Shown: positions 1 to 10,996, numbered from the stretch's first letter. The stretch: DNA of 64,000 nt from an uncultured Candidatus Binatia bacterium (GCA_965214605.1 OZ243961.1:1632001-1696000); one strand, 5' to 3'. Made by a program: numbers and translations. The notes: generated by a model not told the origin, from the sequence alone.

Positions 1-165
1 GCTCCCGTGCCTCGTCTTTGCCCAGCGCCCAATCGCGCGGCATCGCCCATTCGGGTTGCGGACCACCCCCGTAGCTCATACAGCCGAGACAGATACGTGA
101 GACCGTCATGCCCGTTTTACCAAGTCGTGCGTACTGCATACTCTCTCCAATCTGCTTGTACTGAC

Positions 166-1083
166 CTACTCTTGTCCCACTCCAGCCAGACCGGCCTGCA
201 TACGCTGATGCCCCCAGATGCTGCCCGAGGTATGTAGCTGGACCTGCCAGGTCGCGTCATCAATTTCACGAGCCCCCCAGCCGTACTCGACGGCGAAACC
301 CGACGGCGTCTGCATATAGAAGGACGTCATATGGTCGTTGGTATGCCGCCCCAGGCGCATTGTGATCGGAACGTTTCGGTCTTGGCATAAGTCATAGGTC
401 GAGCCGACATCGTCTAGAGACTGAACCTGAAGCATGAAATGGTTCAGGCGTCTGGTAATTTTTGGCGACTCGATGAACGCAATGGTATGATGACGCGGGT
501 TGCAGTGGAAAAACGTGGCCTGCAGGCTGACTCCCGGCGCTGGAGTGATCTGGACATAATCGCTAATACGCATGCCTAATACATCCCGATAAAAATGGAT
601 GCTTTGCTCAGCATTATCGACCAGAATCACAAAATGCCCGAGTCCCAACTCGCCGGTCCGAAAGCCAGAGATCGGCCGGGGCGACTGAAAGGGCTTCTCA
701 AAGCTCATCAGCGGACCGTAGAAAATTTCAGACGGAATACCGTTCGGATCTTGAAAACGGATTAAACCCGCCACTCGACGGGTGGTTCTCTCTTCCGCCG
801 TCCCCGGGCTGACCTCAAAACCCGCTTCCTCCAGCTGTATGGCCAGTTCGTGGCAGGCGTGCTCATCTGCCACCTCCCAGCCAAGATAGGCCACATCATC
901 ACTGCCGTTTGGATGAACGATGAAGCGGTGGTGATACTCATCCATGCGGAGAAAGAGAGAACCATCTTCGTCCCATCCGTTTGGCTGGAGGCCAAGGATA
1001 TCGGACGCAAATCGTTCCCATTCGTCAACGTCTTTTACACTCAGTCCGAGATAGCCCAACTGTGTCACGCGTTCCATTTCCAT
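166..1083 (-). CDS. Type I (VOC-fold) extradiol ring-cleavage dioxygenase, BphC/HsaC-like
   Basis: LGYLGL N-terminus, GLGHFV, HCNPRHHT, LGRHTND and EYGWG motifs carrying the His/His/Glu Fe(II) ligands. Confidence 0.9.
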   Translation of the reverse strand: MEMERVTQLGYLGLSVKDVDEWERFASDILGLQPNGWDEDGSLFLRMDEYHHRFIVHPNGSDDVAYLGWEVADEHACHELAIQLEEAGFEVSPGTAEERTTRRVAGLIRFQDPNGIPSEIFYGPLMSFEKPFQSPRPISGFRTGELGLGHFVILVDNAEQSIHFYRDVLGMRISDYVQITPAPGVSLQATFFHCNPRHHTIAFIESPKITRRLNHFMLQVQSLDDVGSTYDLCQDRNVPITMRLGRHTNDHMTSFYMQTPSGFAVEYGWGAREIDDATWQVQLHTSGSIWGHQRMQAGLAGVGQE

Positions 1084-1232
1084 ACGTTTCCCCTTTCTGC
1101 CTGCTGCTTTGCGCGGGTCCCTACAGTATCCTACCAGAGAACAATCGCCCTGCCCAGAACAGGGTGGTAAACAGTGAGTCTTGCATACGCTATGATACGG
1201 GGAGCAACGCCTCTTAAACCGGAGAAAACCTT

Positions 1233-1940
1233 ATGACATCACATAAAATCCTAGACTACGCACTCAACGACTCAGTCGCTCTCCTGCGGATCGACGACGG
1301 CAAGGCCAACGCCGTCAGTCAGGCTTTCATCGACGCGCTCAACGCCGGGCTCGACCGAGCGGCTCAGGAGGCACGCGCGGCCGTGATTGTGGGCAGACCT
1401 AGACGTTTTTCAGCCGGTTTTGACCTGTCCGTAGTCCGGGACGGAGGACCGGAAGCCGCCCGTGGTTTAGTCACCGCCGGAGCCAAAATGTTGATGAAGA
1501 TGTATGTCCACCCTCAACCCTTGCTGATTGCCTGCACCGGCCATGCTATTGCCGCTGGCGCCTTGATGCTCCTGGCCGCAGATACCCGCATCGGGGCTGA
1601 GGGGGAGTTTAAGATTGGCCTCAACGAGGTTGCCATTGGCATGACCCTCCCGTATTTTCTCCTCGCCCTGGCCCGCGAACGGTTGTCCAAACGTCATCTG
1701 ACCCAAGCCACCATACAGTCTCGTCTGTACGACCCGGCTGAAGCGATTGACGCGGGTTTTCTGGATCGCGTGTGTCCGGCCGACACGCTTATTGAGGAGA
1801 CGATGAAAGAGGCCAAGCAGCTGGCCGAGCTCCGCCCCAAGGTCTACCATGATGCCAAAATCCGGAACCGTCGGGCGGTGGCAGAGGAAGTGCTGGCCAC
1901 ACTTCAAGACGACCTAGACCTGCTGATGCCGAACTCCTGA
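1233..1940 (+). CDS. Crotonase/enoyl-CoA hydratase family protein
   Basis: DDGKANA, FSAGFDL, GHAIAAGA, IGLNEVAIG motifs. Confidence 0.9.
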   Translation: MTSHKILDYALNDSVALLRIDDGKANAVSQAFIDALNAGLDRAAQEARAAVIVGRPRRFSAGFDLSVVRDGGPEAARGLVTAGAKMLMKMYVHPQPLLIACTGHAIAAGALMLLAADTRIGAEGEFKIGLNEVAIGMTLPYFLLALARERLSKRHLTQATIQSRLYDPAEAIDAGFLDRVCPADTLIEETMKEAKQLAELRPKVYHDAKIRNRRAVAEEVLATLQDDLDLLMPNS

Positions 1941-1955
1941 CCTCCAGCCCCAGCT

Positions 1956-2825
1956 CTATTGAAACTGACGAATCAGGCCGGCATAACGCTCCAGAACCGG
2001 CCACTGGACATCAGGCTCAGCTGGCTCAATCAGGAACAATACCCGGTTAAAGCCTGTCTGTATCAGCCCTCGCACACGGTTTTCCGGCTCGCTCTGGCCA
2101 AACACTCTGTCGGCAGTAATCACGCTCAAATTAAACTCATCCATCGACCGGCCACCCTTGTCAGCCTCAGCCCGAATCGCCTCGACACCGGCCGACAGAT
2201 CGTGCGGCCCGTCGACCGGAAACCACCCGTCGCAATACTCGACTACCCGCTTGGCTGTCCACTTGGAGTCCGCCCCCATCAGGATAGGCGGCCCGCCGGT
2301 CTGCACCGGCTTTGGCCAGCACCAAATTGGGTCAAAGTCCACGAACTGGCCGTGGAACTCAGCCGCCTCTTTGGTCCAGATCTCCCGCATAGCCAATACC
2401 CGCTCGCGCGTAATTTTCCAGCGGTCCTGAAACGCCACCCCATGATTGGCCATCTCTTCGACATTCCAGCCTGCCCCGATACCAAACAGGAAGCGCCCAT
2501 TCGACACCCGGTCAAGACACGCCGCGGCCTTGGCCAAATTAATCGGGTGGTGCTCCGGCACCAGGCACACCGAGGTTCCGACCTTGAGCTTTTCCGTTAC
2601 CGCTGCCGCTGCGGTCAGGGCAATGAAAGGATCAAAAAACTGAGCGTAATACATCGGCAGTTCTCCGCCCAGTGGAAAAGGTGTCTGGCGGCTGGTCGGG
2701 ATGTGGGTATGTTCGCCATAGAATAGCGAATCAAAACCATTTTCCTCGGCCCAACGCGCCAGGTCCACAGGCGGAATGGAATAATGGGTGGGAATCGACA
2801 CAAGCCCAAAATCAGTCATACTCAC
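1956..2825 (-). CDS. LLM-class probable F420-dependent oxidoreductase
   Basis: GEHTHIP, DPFIALTAAAA, GIGAGWNVEE, PKPVQ motifs. Confidence 0.85.
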   Translation of the reverse strand: MSMTDFGLVSIPTHYSIPPVDLARWAEENGFDSLFYGEHTHIPTSRQTPFPLGGELPMYYAQFFDPFIALTAAAAVTEKLKVGTSVCLVPEHHPINLAKAAACLDRVSNGRFLFGIGAGWNVEEMANHGVAFQDRWKITRERVLAMREIWTKEAAEFHGQFVDFDPIWCWPKPVQTGGPPILMGADSKWTAKRVVEYCDGWFPVDGPHDLSAGVEAIRAEADKGGRSMDEFNLSVITADRVFGQSEPENRVRGLIQTGFNRVLFLIEPAEPDVQWPVLERYAGLIRQFQ

Positions 2826-2862
2826 TATCCCTCCTGTGAGAGTTTAAGACTCTGGTGCAGCA

Positions 2863-4377
2863 CTACTTTGACAACAGATGGGCGACCTGCCCGTTGTGGC
2901 TGGGGCCGACCTCAGTGTCCGCCAGGACGCTGGCGGCGGTCGCTTCAACAGCCGTGCCCTGAAAAAAGTCCGGGTTCGCCTGTCCCCAAAAGTGGATCGG
3001 ATTGTCACACACGAAATCCCGAAAATCGTCGGGGGTCATCAGTTCCTCTTCGACCAACTCATAGGCTTCGGGCAGCACGCGGCTCATATCCGATACGTCA
3101 AAGTGGCCAATATCCGAGCCAAACAACGCTCCCAACCGGGCACCAAACGCATTGCTACGGGTGTTAAAAGCCCAGGCGTTCATACGATCATCAGCCTCAC
3201 AGCCAAAATAAAAATTCCTGGCAAACAACTCTTTGATGTCTCGGACCTGACTGATCTCACAAGCGGAGAAGTCGTCCAGATTGCGAATCCCCCCGACATC
3301 GGTTGCGCCTCTCCCCTTCACCACCGTATCAAACGCCGCCTCTCGCTCACGGAAGGCTTCCGCCATATCGGGCGTGCCATAGGTTTCGGACAGCTCACGC
3401 AGCAGGGACAGATTGAGCTTGTCCGGGTTCACCTCGTCCAAGGCCTCAATATTGCGCTTCTCCCAGTGCTCAATGAGATCGGCGTATAGCTGACACGCCC
3501 AGCCCACGCCGCCCTCCAAAAAGGCAAACTTGAGCTGTGGAAAACGCCGCGTCACCCCGCCTAGGAAGAGCGCCTTACATACCGCCTCGTTGGCAGCGGC
3601 AAAATGGCCGATATGGTTATACACAAAGTTACTGGGCGAAATACGCAGCCCATAGCCACGCGACCCGCTATGGAAGGTCGGGGAGACTTTCAGTTCGACA
3701 CACTTCTGCCACACCGGATCGTAGTCATACTCACTGTCCAGGCCAAGCACATCGCGCCAGACGATCAGCTGTGGGGCGTCTCTGTGCTTGTCCGCGTGCC
3801 CGGGAATCGGCCGTTTGATCATGCTGCCCAGCATGACCACCTTGAGCCCGAGCTGGGTGACGGCATGGTCGAGTTCTTCGAGTGCCTCTTCCGGCGTATT
3901 CATCGGAATAACCGCCGTCGGGGTCATCCGATCCGAGAACTTGCTGAAGAAGTTCGCGCTGAAAATATTAAACGCCCGGCACGCCGAGCGGCGCGCCGCG
4001 GTATCCGGGATGCGGGGAATCCCCAGACCGGCCGTGGGGTAGAGGATCGCATAGTCGAGCCCGATCTCCTCCATCCGCTCGTATAGCAGTGCCGGCATCA
4101 TGGCTGTTGCCCGGTCACGGGTATTCTTTGTCGGTAGTCCCCAGAAGGCCTGCTGAGCCGTCCGCGTGTTGCGCCGTTCATCGACCGACATGGCCAGATC
4201 TTTCTGAACCTGACCGGTGAAGGCGGTAAAGCCTTCCACCGCTTTGTCCCCCCCGATGCGGCGCAGCTCTTTGCGGACATACGGCCCAAACTCTAACCAA
4301 TGGCCATCCGCATCAATAACCGGATGATTCAACTGTGCCCGCACACGCGACGCGGCGAGGTGTCCATTCGTGCTCAT
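2863..4377 (-). CDS. Amidohydrolase_2 family protein
   Basis: IDADGH metal motif, FLEGGVGW, FGSDIGHFD. Confidence 0.85.
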   Translation of the reverse strand: MSTNGHLAASRVRAQLNHPVIDADGHWLEFGPYVRKELRRIGGDKAVEGFTAFTGQVQKDLAMSVDERRNTRTAQQAFWGLPTKNTRDRATAMMPALLYERMEEIGLDYAILYPTAGLGIPRIPDTAARRSACRAFNIFSANFFSKFSDRMTPTAVIPMNTPEEALEELDHAVTQLGLKVVMLGSMIKRPIPGHADKHRDAPQLIVWRDVLGLDSEYDYDPVWQKCVELKVSPTFHSGSRGYGLRISPSNFVYNHIGHFAAANEAVCKALFLGGVTRRFPQLKFAFLEGGVGWACQLYADLIEHWEKRNIEALDEVNPDKLNLSLLRELSETYGTPDMAEAFREREAAFDTVVKGRGATDVGGIRNLDDFSACEISQVRDIKELFARNFYFGCEADDRMNAWAFNTRSNAFGARLGALFGSDIGHFDVSDMSRVLPEAYELVEEELMTPDDFRDFVCDNPIHFWGQANPDFFQGTAVEATAASVLADTEVGPSHNGQVAHLLSK

Positions 4378-4449
4378 ACGTCCCTCCTTGGCTATGGGCT
4401 CGGTTCTTCCTCAATAGTGGGTTTCCAACTCCTTTGCAACGCACCACGC

Positions 4450-5505
4450 CTAGTCGGCACGACAGACGATGTCCGGCCCTAAATCGCGCACGTTTGTTTG
4501 GCCGCACAAGGCCAGACCGACCGCCAACTCCTCGGCCACAAGCTCCAAGCTCCGCTGCACCCCGGCCGCACCGTCAACCACCAAGCCCCACAAAATGTTT
4601 CTGCCCATGGCCACGACATTGGCCCCCAACGCCAGCGCCTTAATGACATCGGTCCCACGCGAAAACCCGCCGTCAATGACGATCTCGGCCCGGCCATCGA
4701 CCGCCTCGACAATTTCGGGCAGAACATCGATCGTTGCCTGGGTTGAGTCAAGCTGACGGCCGCCGTGGTTCGATACCCAGATAATCTTCACCCCGGCTTC
4801 AACCGCCAGCCGCGCATCTTCGGCGGTCAAAATCCCCTTGAGACCAACCGGCACAGACACAACCCCTTGTAGCCAGGCCACATCGTCCCAGGTCAGCCGG
4901 GCCTGGTAATCCATGTCCGGCGGCTGCGGATTAGGGGCCAACAGCCGTGCAACACGCGGATCATAGCGCTGGATCAGATCACGCTCACGCCGGCCATAGA
5001 CCTGGAGATCAACCGTCAGACACACCGCCTTATAGGCCTCGGTTGCCTCAACCCGGCCGAGTAAGTCCTGTACCCATGAGCGTGGCCCGGCAAAGTACAG
5101 CTGAAAGAGCAGGGGGGCGCTGGCCGCCTCTGCCACCTCTTCAACCGACCAGCCGGTCACCCCGCTGACCACGGCCAGGCTGCCAGTCAGTCCTGCCCCC
5201 CGAACCATCTCGCAGTCACCCTGAGGATGGAACACCACTAACCCGCCCATAGGCGCCACCACAACCGGCGTGGGGAGCCGCAGCCCAAGAAACATCGTGC
5301 TAAGATTCACATTACGGACATCTCGGAGCACCCGCTGGCGAATGGCGAGCCTGCGGATCGCCTGCCGATTGCGGCGCAGCGTGCTCTCGGTTTCGGCACC
5401 GCCCGCCGCATAGCCCCACGGGCCGGGCGGAAGAATCTGTTTGGCGGCCCGACGAATTTCGGGCAGGGTCATAAAGCGTTGTGGACGTTCGGCCTGTTGT
5501 GCCAT
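4450..5505 (-). CDS. FMN-dependent alpha-hydroxy acid oxidase/dehydrogenase
   Basis: SNHGGRQLD signature, DGGFSRGTDVIKALALGA. Confidence 0.92.
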   Translation of the reverse strand: MAQQAERPQRFMTLPEIRRAAKQILPPGPWGYAAGGAETESTLRRNRQAIRRLAIRQRVLRDVRNVNLSTMFLGLRLPTPVVVAPMGGLVVFHPQGDCEMVRGAGLTGSLAVVSGVTGWSVEEVAEAASAPLLFQLYFAGPRSWVQDLLGRVEATEAYKAVCLTVDLQVYGRRERDLIQRYDPRVARLLAPNPQPPDMDYQARLTWDDVAWLQGVVSVPVGLKGILTAEDARLAVEAGVKIIWVSNHGGRQLDSTQATIDVLPEIVEAVDGRAEIVIDGGFSRGTDVIKALALGANVVAMGRNILWGLVVDGAAGVQRSLELVAEELAVGLALCGQTNVRDLGPDIVCRAD

Positions 5506-5622
5506 AGCTGCTCCCTCCCTGCGCTAAGCCTAACCCAAGCCGGCGTCGTGTTCCAGTTGGGTGGCGATACCTTGCAAGGTGAGGATGCGCTTAGTAGTCT
5601 GGCGTCAATAAGGAGGAAGCGT

Positions 5623-5961
5623 ATGGCAGTTTTTCGTCTCTACACTGGTGATGATGGGCATTCCCACATTGAGGATCAGTCCCTCAGCTCACATCCGTCC
5701 CTGACTAGTGAACAATCTACCGAGCATATTGTTTTCCGAGAGCTTGACGCCGGAGCATTCATGGACTGGCACAACGCCCCACGCCAGCAGTACGTCATTC
5801 TGCTGTCCGGTCAGATGGAGATCGGGCTTAACGACGGCTCACGACGCCAGTTCGGCGCGGGTGATGCCATCCTGGCCTCGGATCTGACCGGCAGCGGCCA
5901 TACCACTCGGGCAACCGGTGCCGAAGCCGCCCTGGTGGCAGTCGTTCCCTTGGCCACATAA
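5623..5961 (+). CDS. Small cupin-domain protein
   Basis: AGGAGG RBS before ATG 5623; WHNAPRQQY and DLTGSGHTT cupin motifs. Confidence 0.75.
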   Translation: MAVFRLYTGDDGHSHIEDQSLSSHPSLTSEQSTEHIVFRELDAGAFMDWHNAPRQQYVILLSGQMEIGLNDGSRRQFGAGDAILASDLTGSGHTTRATGAEAALVAVVPLAT

Positions 5962-5979
5962 GCTGCACGAGAAGAAACG

Positions 5980-6870
5980 ATGTCACCTCCCTGGACCTCC
6001 CACACCGCCCGCGTTAACGGCTTTCGCATGCATTACGTCACGGCTGGTTCGGGCTATCCGCTCGTCTTTCTCCACGGCTGGCCGCAGACCTGGTACGAGT
6101 GGCGCAAGATTATTCCCGCGGTGGCCGATCACTTCACCGTGATTGCCCCCGATCTCCGTGGCTTGGGTGACAGCGACCGGCCGATGACGGGCTACGACAA
6201 ACGCACCCTGGCCTCGGATGTGTATGCGCTTGTCAACCACCTCGGCTACCAGCACATTGGACTCACCGGCCACGACTGGGGTGGCACGGTGGCGTATTAT
6301 CTCGCCTACGATCATCCTGAAATGGTTGAGCGTCTGCTGATTCTGGAATCAACCCCCGGTCTGATTCGCAAAGACGAGCCCCTCGACATCCGGGGTCTTC
6401 GGCGTTTCTGGCACGTCATGTTCCAGGGCGGCTCGCCCGATCTGGCCGAGCTGCTGGTCCGCGACCATATTCCCCTGTACATCGACCGTCTGTGCCGAGT
6501 GGCGTGTTATAACCCGGCCGTGTTCAGCACCGAAGATATGGCCGAATACGTGCGAGCCTACTCCCAACCCGGCGCACTGCGGGCGGGTTTTCATTATTAC
6601 CGGGCGGCGCTGGAAGAGGACGTTGCACAACTCAGCACCTGTACCAACAAACTCACCATGCCCGTCCGGGCCTGGGGCGGTGAACGGTTCATGGGCGATC
6701 CCCTCCCGGTCTGGCAACGGGTGGCCGAACAGCTCAAGGGTGGTGTGGTGGAACGCTGCGGACATTTTGTGGCTGAGGAGCGGCCGGAGTTTGTGATTGG
6801 GCAGGTGAGAGAGTTTTTTACGCCCCTTGCGACCACCCCACCAACCCTGACCGGGCGGTCGGGCGACTAA
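5980..6870 (+). CDS. Alpha/beta hydrolase, epoxide hydrolase/haloacid dehalogenase-like
   Basis: HGWPQ oxyanion motif, GHDWGG Asp nucleophile, GHFVAEE. Confidence 0.9.
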   Translation: MSPPWTSHTARVNGFRMHYVTAGSGYPLVFLHGWPQTWYEWRKIIPAVADHFTVIAPDLRGLGDSDRPMTGYDKRTLASDVYALVNHLGYQHIGLTGHDWGGTVAYYLAYDHPEMVERLLILESTPGLIRKDEPLDIRGLRRFWHVMFQGGSPDLAELLVRDHIPLYIDRLCRVACYNPAVFSTEDMAEYVRAYSQPGALRAGFHYYRAALEEDVAQLSTCTNKLTMPVRAWGGERFMGDPLPVWQRVAEQLKGGVVERCGHFVAEERPEFVIGQVREFFTPLATTPPTLTGRSGD

Positions 6871-6934
6871 GGGCTTTCTCACTCCGTCCGCCTCGTTTGT
6901 CGCCCACTCACACCCGCCTAAGACACACCGGACT

Positions 6935-7846
6935 GTGACCTGGATTGAACTCAGCCTGGCCGGCGGCTGCTTGCAAACCGCCCGCAACGCCCTGTCAAAA
7001 AGCCTCGCCGGACAGATTTCGCCGACGCTGAACAGCTGGTCACGTTTTGCCTTCAACCTCCCGCTCTCGACCCTGCTGATGCTTAGCCTGCTGGTGTTGG
7101 GAGGCGTGCCAACGCTGTCCCTGCCCTTTTTTGCGTACTGCGCGGCCACCGCAGTGGCCCAGCTGCTGGGCAATATCGCTCTGGTGGCGGCCTTTAGGCA
7201 CGCCAATTTCGCCGAGACGATCGTCCTGCACAAGCTCGAGGTGGTGTTCACCGCTCTGGTCGGGGTCCTCTTTTTTGCCGAAATTCCGAGCCCGTTTGGC
7301 TGGGCGGGAGTCGTGCTGTGTGGGGCCGGCGTGTTGGTGATGAACTTCGGTCGTGAGGGCGGTCCCCAGGGCTTACGGCGAGCTTTCCACCTGAGTGGCG
7401 GGTCCGTACTCGCCCTCGTGTGCAGTATGCTGCTGGTGCTGGCCAGCTTTATGCTCAAGAGCGCCAGCGCTCAGTTTGTGTTGGTCAACCCGGCCGTAGG
7501 GAGCGAACGTTTTACTCCGGCCGTTCACACGCTGTTTCACACCACTTGGATGGAAGTCATCATTTTGACCGTGGCTCTCAGCCTGACCCGTCCGCAGGAA
7601 TTCCGACTCGTGCCGAGCCACTGGCGGCGAATGGCGATGATCGGGGTCCTGTCCTTCAGCGGTAGCCTGTGTTGGTTCTGGGCCTACTCGCTGACGCTGG
7701 TGGCCTATTCAAAAGCCGTCGGGCAAATCGAAGCCGTCCTGGCCGTTATCCTGGCACTCCTCGTATGGCGAGAACGTGAGGTGCTCCGGCAATTACCTGG
7801 GATGTCTATTGTTCTGCTTGGGATGGGGCTGGTGTTGCTGGGCTAA
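6935..7846 (+). CDS. EamA/DMT family transporter
   Basis: About 10 hydrophobic segments, QTARNA and AVGQIE motifs. Confidence 0.8.
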   Translation: MTWIELSLAGGCLQTARNALSKSLAGQISPTLNSWSRFAFNLPLSTLLMLSLLVLGGVPTLSLPFFAYCAATAVAQLLGNIALVAAFRHANFAETIVLHKLEVVFTALVGVLFFAEIPSPFGWAGVVLCGAGVLVMNFGREGGPQGLRRAFHLSGGSVLALVCSMLLVLASFMLKSASAQFVLVNPAVGSERFTPAVHTLFHTTWMEVIILTVALSLTRPQEFRLVPSHWRRMAMIGVLSFSGSLCWFWAYSLTLVAYSKAVGQIEAVLAVILALLVWREREVLRQLPGMSIVLLGMGLVLLG

Positions 7847-9143
7847 AAACACCTCCCGGCCGTTTATAAATCACCCCGTCTTTCATCACAAAACTCACGC
7901 GCTGCATACTGGCGATATCACGGCTGGGATCTCCCGGCACCGCAACCACGTCCGCTAGCTTGCCAGCCTCAAGCGTTCCCAGCCGTTCCTCCACCCCTAG
8001 CAGACGGGCGGCTACCAGGGTTGCTGACTGAATTGCCTCCACCGGCGTCATCCCAGCCTCAACCATGTAGGCAAACTCTTTGGCGTTCTCCCCGTGCGGT
8101 GAGACGCCGCTATCGGTGCCAAACGCAATCCGGACTCCGCTTTTGTAGGCCCGAGCAAAGGTGTCCTGAATTTTTGGACCAAGGGCCGTCGCTTTGGGCC
8201 GCACCGCGGCGGGGAAAAATCCCTCCTGCTTGGCTTTTTCCGCCACCCACTTGCCGGCAATAATCGTCGGCACATAGTAGGTGCCGTGCTGTTTCATCAG
8301 CTCCATGACTTCCTCATCCATGAGGGTTCCGTGTTCGATAGAGCGCACCCCGGCCCGAATCGCCCGTTTCATACCCTCTGCCCCGTGAGCGTGGGCAGCA
8401 ACGGCAAATCCATAGTCCTTGGCCGTTTCAACAACCGCTCGAATCTCTTCCTCGCTAAACTGTGGATTGTGTCCGCTCTTGGCCACACTCAGCACTCCGC
8501 CGGTGGCCGTGAGCTTGATCAAATCGGCGCCGTCTTTGTAGCGTTGACGGACCGCTTTGCGGGCATCCTGGGGGCTATTGATTACACCCTGGTGCGGACC
8601 GGGGTCACCGCTGAGATCACGCCGGAGGCCGTTGCTCGGGTCAGCATGGCCGCCGGTTGTGGCCAGTGATTTTGCCGCCGTATACACCCGTGGACCGATG
8701 ACCAAGCCGCGGCGGATAGCGTTCCGTAAGGAGACCGTTACATTGTAGCGGTCCCCCAAATCACGAATCGTGGTAAATCCCGCCAGGAGCGTCGTCTTGG
8801 CATGGCTAGCCGCCCGAAAAGCATAGTCGGCCGGGTTCAGCCGAAAGCGTTCGGTATACGACCGCTGACTGAGCTGCAGGGAGATGTGGGTATGCGAGTC
8901 AATTAGGCCCGGCATGCAGCTGTGGGTACGCAGATCGACCACGTGGTCGCCGTGATTCTGCGTGGCATAGCCCGATTCAAGCCGCTGAATCGTATTCCCC
9001 GCAATATGAATACTGACCGCCTGCCTGAGGGCTCCTGTTCTGACATCGACCACTTGTCCGCACTCCAGCACGGTCGGCCTACTCACGGCTGGAGAGGCCA
9101 GCAACACGCCGAACACGACACACAAACACTTGAGCTGCTTCAT
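7806..9143 (-). CDS. Secreted metal-dependent amidohydrolase (Xaa-Pro dipeptidase-like)
   Basis: Signal peptide, PGLIDSHTH, AAHAHG, SIEHG, FGTDSG. Confidence 0.88.
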   Translation of the reverse strand: MKQLKCLCVVFGVLLASPAVSRPTVLECGQVVDVRTGALRQAVSIHIAGNTIQRLESGYATQNHGDHVVDLRTHSCMPGLIDSHTHISLQLSQRSYTERFRLNPADYAFRAASHAKTTLLAGFTTIRDLGDRYNVTVSLRNAIRRGLVIGPRVYTAAKSLATTGGHADPSNGLRRDLSGDPGPHQGVINSPQDARKAVRQRYKDGADLIKLTATGGVLSVAKSGHNPQFSEEEIRAVVETAKDYGFAVAAHAHGAEGMKRAIRAGVRSIEHGTLMDEEVMELMKQHGTYYVPTIIAGKWVAEKAKQEGFFPAAVRPKATALGPKIQDTFARAYKSGVRIAFGTDSGVSPHGENAKEFAYMVEAGMTPVEAIQSATLVAARLLGVEERLGTLEAGKLADVVAVPGDPSRDIASMQRVSFVMKDGVIYKRPGGVFSPATPAPSQAEQ

Positions 9144-9282
9144 GGTAATCCCTCCCTTAAGGCGCTCTGCTTTTACACCCGGCTTCCCTTAGTACGCTTT
9201 CCGCCTCCCTTTGACGAGACGCTTGACCAGACTTCTTGATTGACGCATCCGTCCTGAGTATATCAGACTGGAAGGAGGGACT

Positions 9283-9561
9283 ATGAGCGCACAGAGTCTC
9301 AATATTATGCTGTCAGATCTCTTCCGTTCGGAAGAAATCTTAGTCCGCTATAATCAAGACCCGGACACTGTCTCTGCCCAGTATGGACTCAGCGATGAAG
9401 AGCGAGAAAAACTGAAAGCCAAAGATATGGGGTGGCTGTACGTGTGGGGCGTCCATCCCTATATCCTGGCCCAATACGCTTTCACTATCCACCTCGACCT
9501 TGGCCAGTACGTGCAGCAGATTCAGCAGGCAACGGGCTACAAGGGTCCGGCGGCCCGGTAA
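9283..9561 (+). CDS. LigA-like small subunit of aromatic ring-opening dioxygenase
   Basis: 92 aa, YGLSDEERE..L..GVHPY pattern, GGAGG RBS, directly upstream of LigB-like gene. Confidence 0.7.
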   Translation: MSAQSLNIMLSDLFRSEEILVRYNQDPDTVSAQYGLSDEEREKLKAKDMGWLYVWGVHPYILAQYAFTIHLDLGQYVQQIQQATGYKGPAAR

Positions 9562-9583
9562 TACAGAAAACGCGGAGGATACA

Positions 9584-10405
9584 ATGGCACAGATCGTTGC
9601 GGCTATGGGCTCCGTCCATAACCCGTTGTTAATCGCAGGTCCGGCCCGGGTGGAAGCACAAACATGGGAAAAGTTCGAACGCGGCTTTGCTGCCCTGCGG
9701 CAGACCCTCCAGGATTCGGGCACCGACACGGTGGTAGTCATTTCAGATGAGCATTTTAACGCCCTCAGCCCTCGCCACTATCCGTCCTTTGGTGTGGTCG
9801 CAGCCGAAACCTGCCGTGGTCCGTCAGAAAACTGGCTCGGGGTGCCATGCGATAGTATCACCGTAAACTGCCTGCCCGAGCTCGCCGAGGCAATCATGCA
9901 CGAGGGCCTACAGCAGGGCTTTGACCTGACCCGCATTGGCGAGGCCGGGCTGGACCACGGATTTCTGACCTGTCTGCATCACATGACCCCGGACTGGGAT
10001 TTATCCTATGTGTGGCTGATTCAGAACTGCGTGCTGCCCCCGCTGCCAAGCGTTAAGCGGTGCTACGATTTTGGTCGCATGGTCGGGGACGCGATTCGGG
10101 CCTGGGACGGCCCCCGCCGGGTTGCCTTGCTCGGTACGGGCGGCTTATCGCACGCCGTCGGCACCCCGGATATGGGTATCGTCGATGAAGAGTTCGATAC
10201 CAGGCTGCTCGACATGCTCTGCGAGAACAGCCCGGCGCTCTGCGATATTACGGATGCCGAGATGGACGCCCGGGGCAACGGAACGCATGAGATCCGTAAC
10301 TGGATTGCGGTGGCCGGAGCAGTCAACGGGGCTAAAGGCGAAGTGATCATGTACGAAAACGCCATGGGCTGCGGCTCGGGTATGATGCGCTACCATATGG
10401 CCTAA
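9584..10405 (+). CDS. LigB-family (type II) extradiol dioxygenase catalytic subunit
   Basis: SVHNP, DEHF, LDHG, GTGGLSH, EIRNWI motifs. Confidence 0.88.
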   Translation: MAQIVAAMGSVHNPLLIAGPARVEAQTWEKFERGFAALRQTLQDSGTDTVVVISDEHFNALSPRHYPSFGVVAAETCRGPSENWLGVPCDSITVNCLPELAEAIMHEGLQQGFDLTRIGEAGLDHGFLTCLHHMTPDWDLSYVWLIQNCVLPPLPSVKRCYDFGRMVGDAIRAWDGPRRVALLGTGGLSHAVGTPDMGIVDEEFDTRLLDMLCENSPALCDITDAEMDARGNGTHEIRNWIAVAGAVNGAKGEVIMYENAMGCGSGMMRYHMA

Positions 10406-10996
10406 GGAGACCCGCTGTGTCCGCGCGCACTCATGCCAAGACAATCGGTTCGCCGCCGGGCCCGGTGTCTTTCCACCAGACCCGGCAGGACTGCCAAAAG
10501 GGCCAGCTGTCCCTGCCGGATTTCAAGCGCAGTAAAGCCTGGGCGGGCGAGGTTCTCGGATTCGCAATCGTCACCGACGGCGACACGCACCCTCTTGTGT
10601 TTACTGGCAGCCTGACCGGGGCGCCCGAGGCGTATCACTCCCGTCTCAGGTCCACGCTGGGCATTGGTACGGAGTTACGCCGGAAGATGAGCTACCAGTG
10701 TGTCTAACCAGGAAAATTCGTCGCCGGCTGGCCGGCGAGCCGTTTGCCCATGCCCAGGGGCAAACGGATAAGCCGCTCAAGATATCCCTGTCCAACCCGC
10801 TGATGCCCGCCCTGGTATGGGTGTCCGAACACTCAACGGCCGTCTACACCGCTCCGTTCGCGCTGTTCGCCGATATCCTCTCTCAAGCAATCCAAGAACT
10901 CGCCGATCCGGGGGACCTGTATATTCAGATCACCGGGCCCGAGTTGGCCCAGCGGGCATGGTAAGCCGAGGCCCAAGTCTGGCCCCCAGCCGTTAT

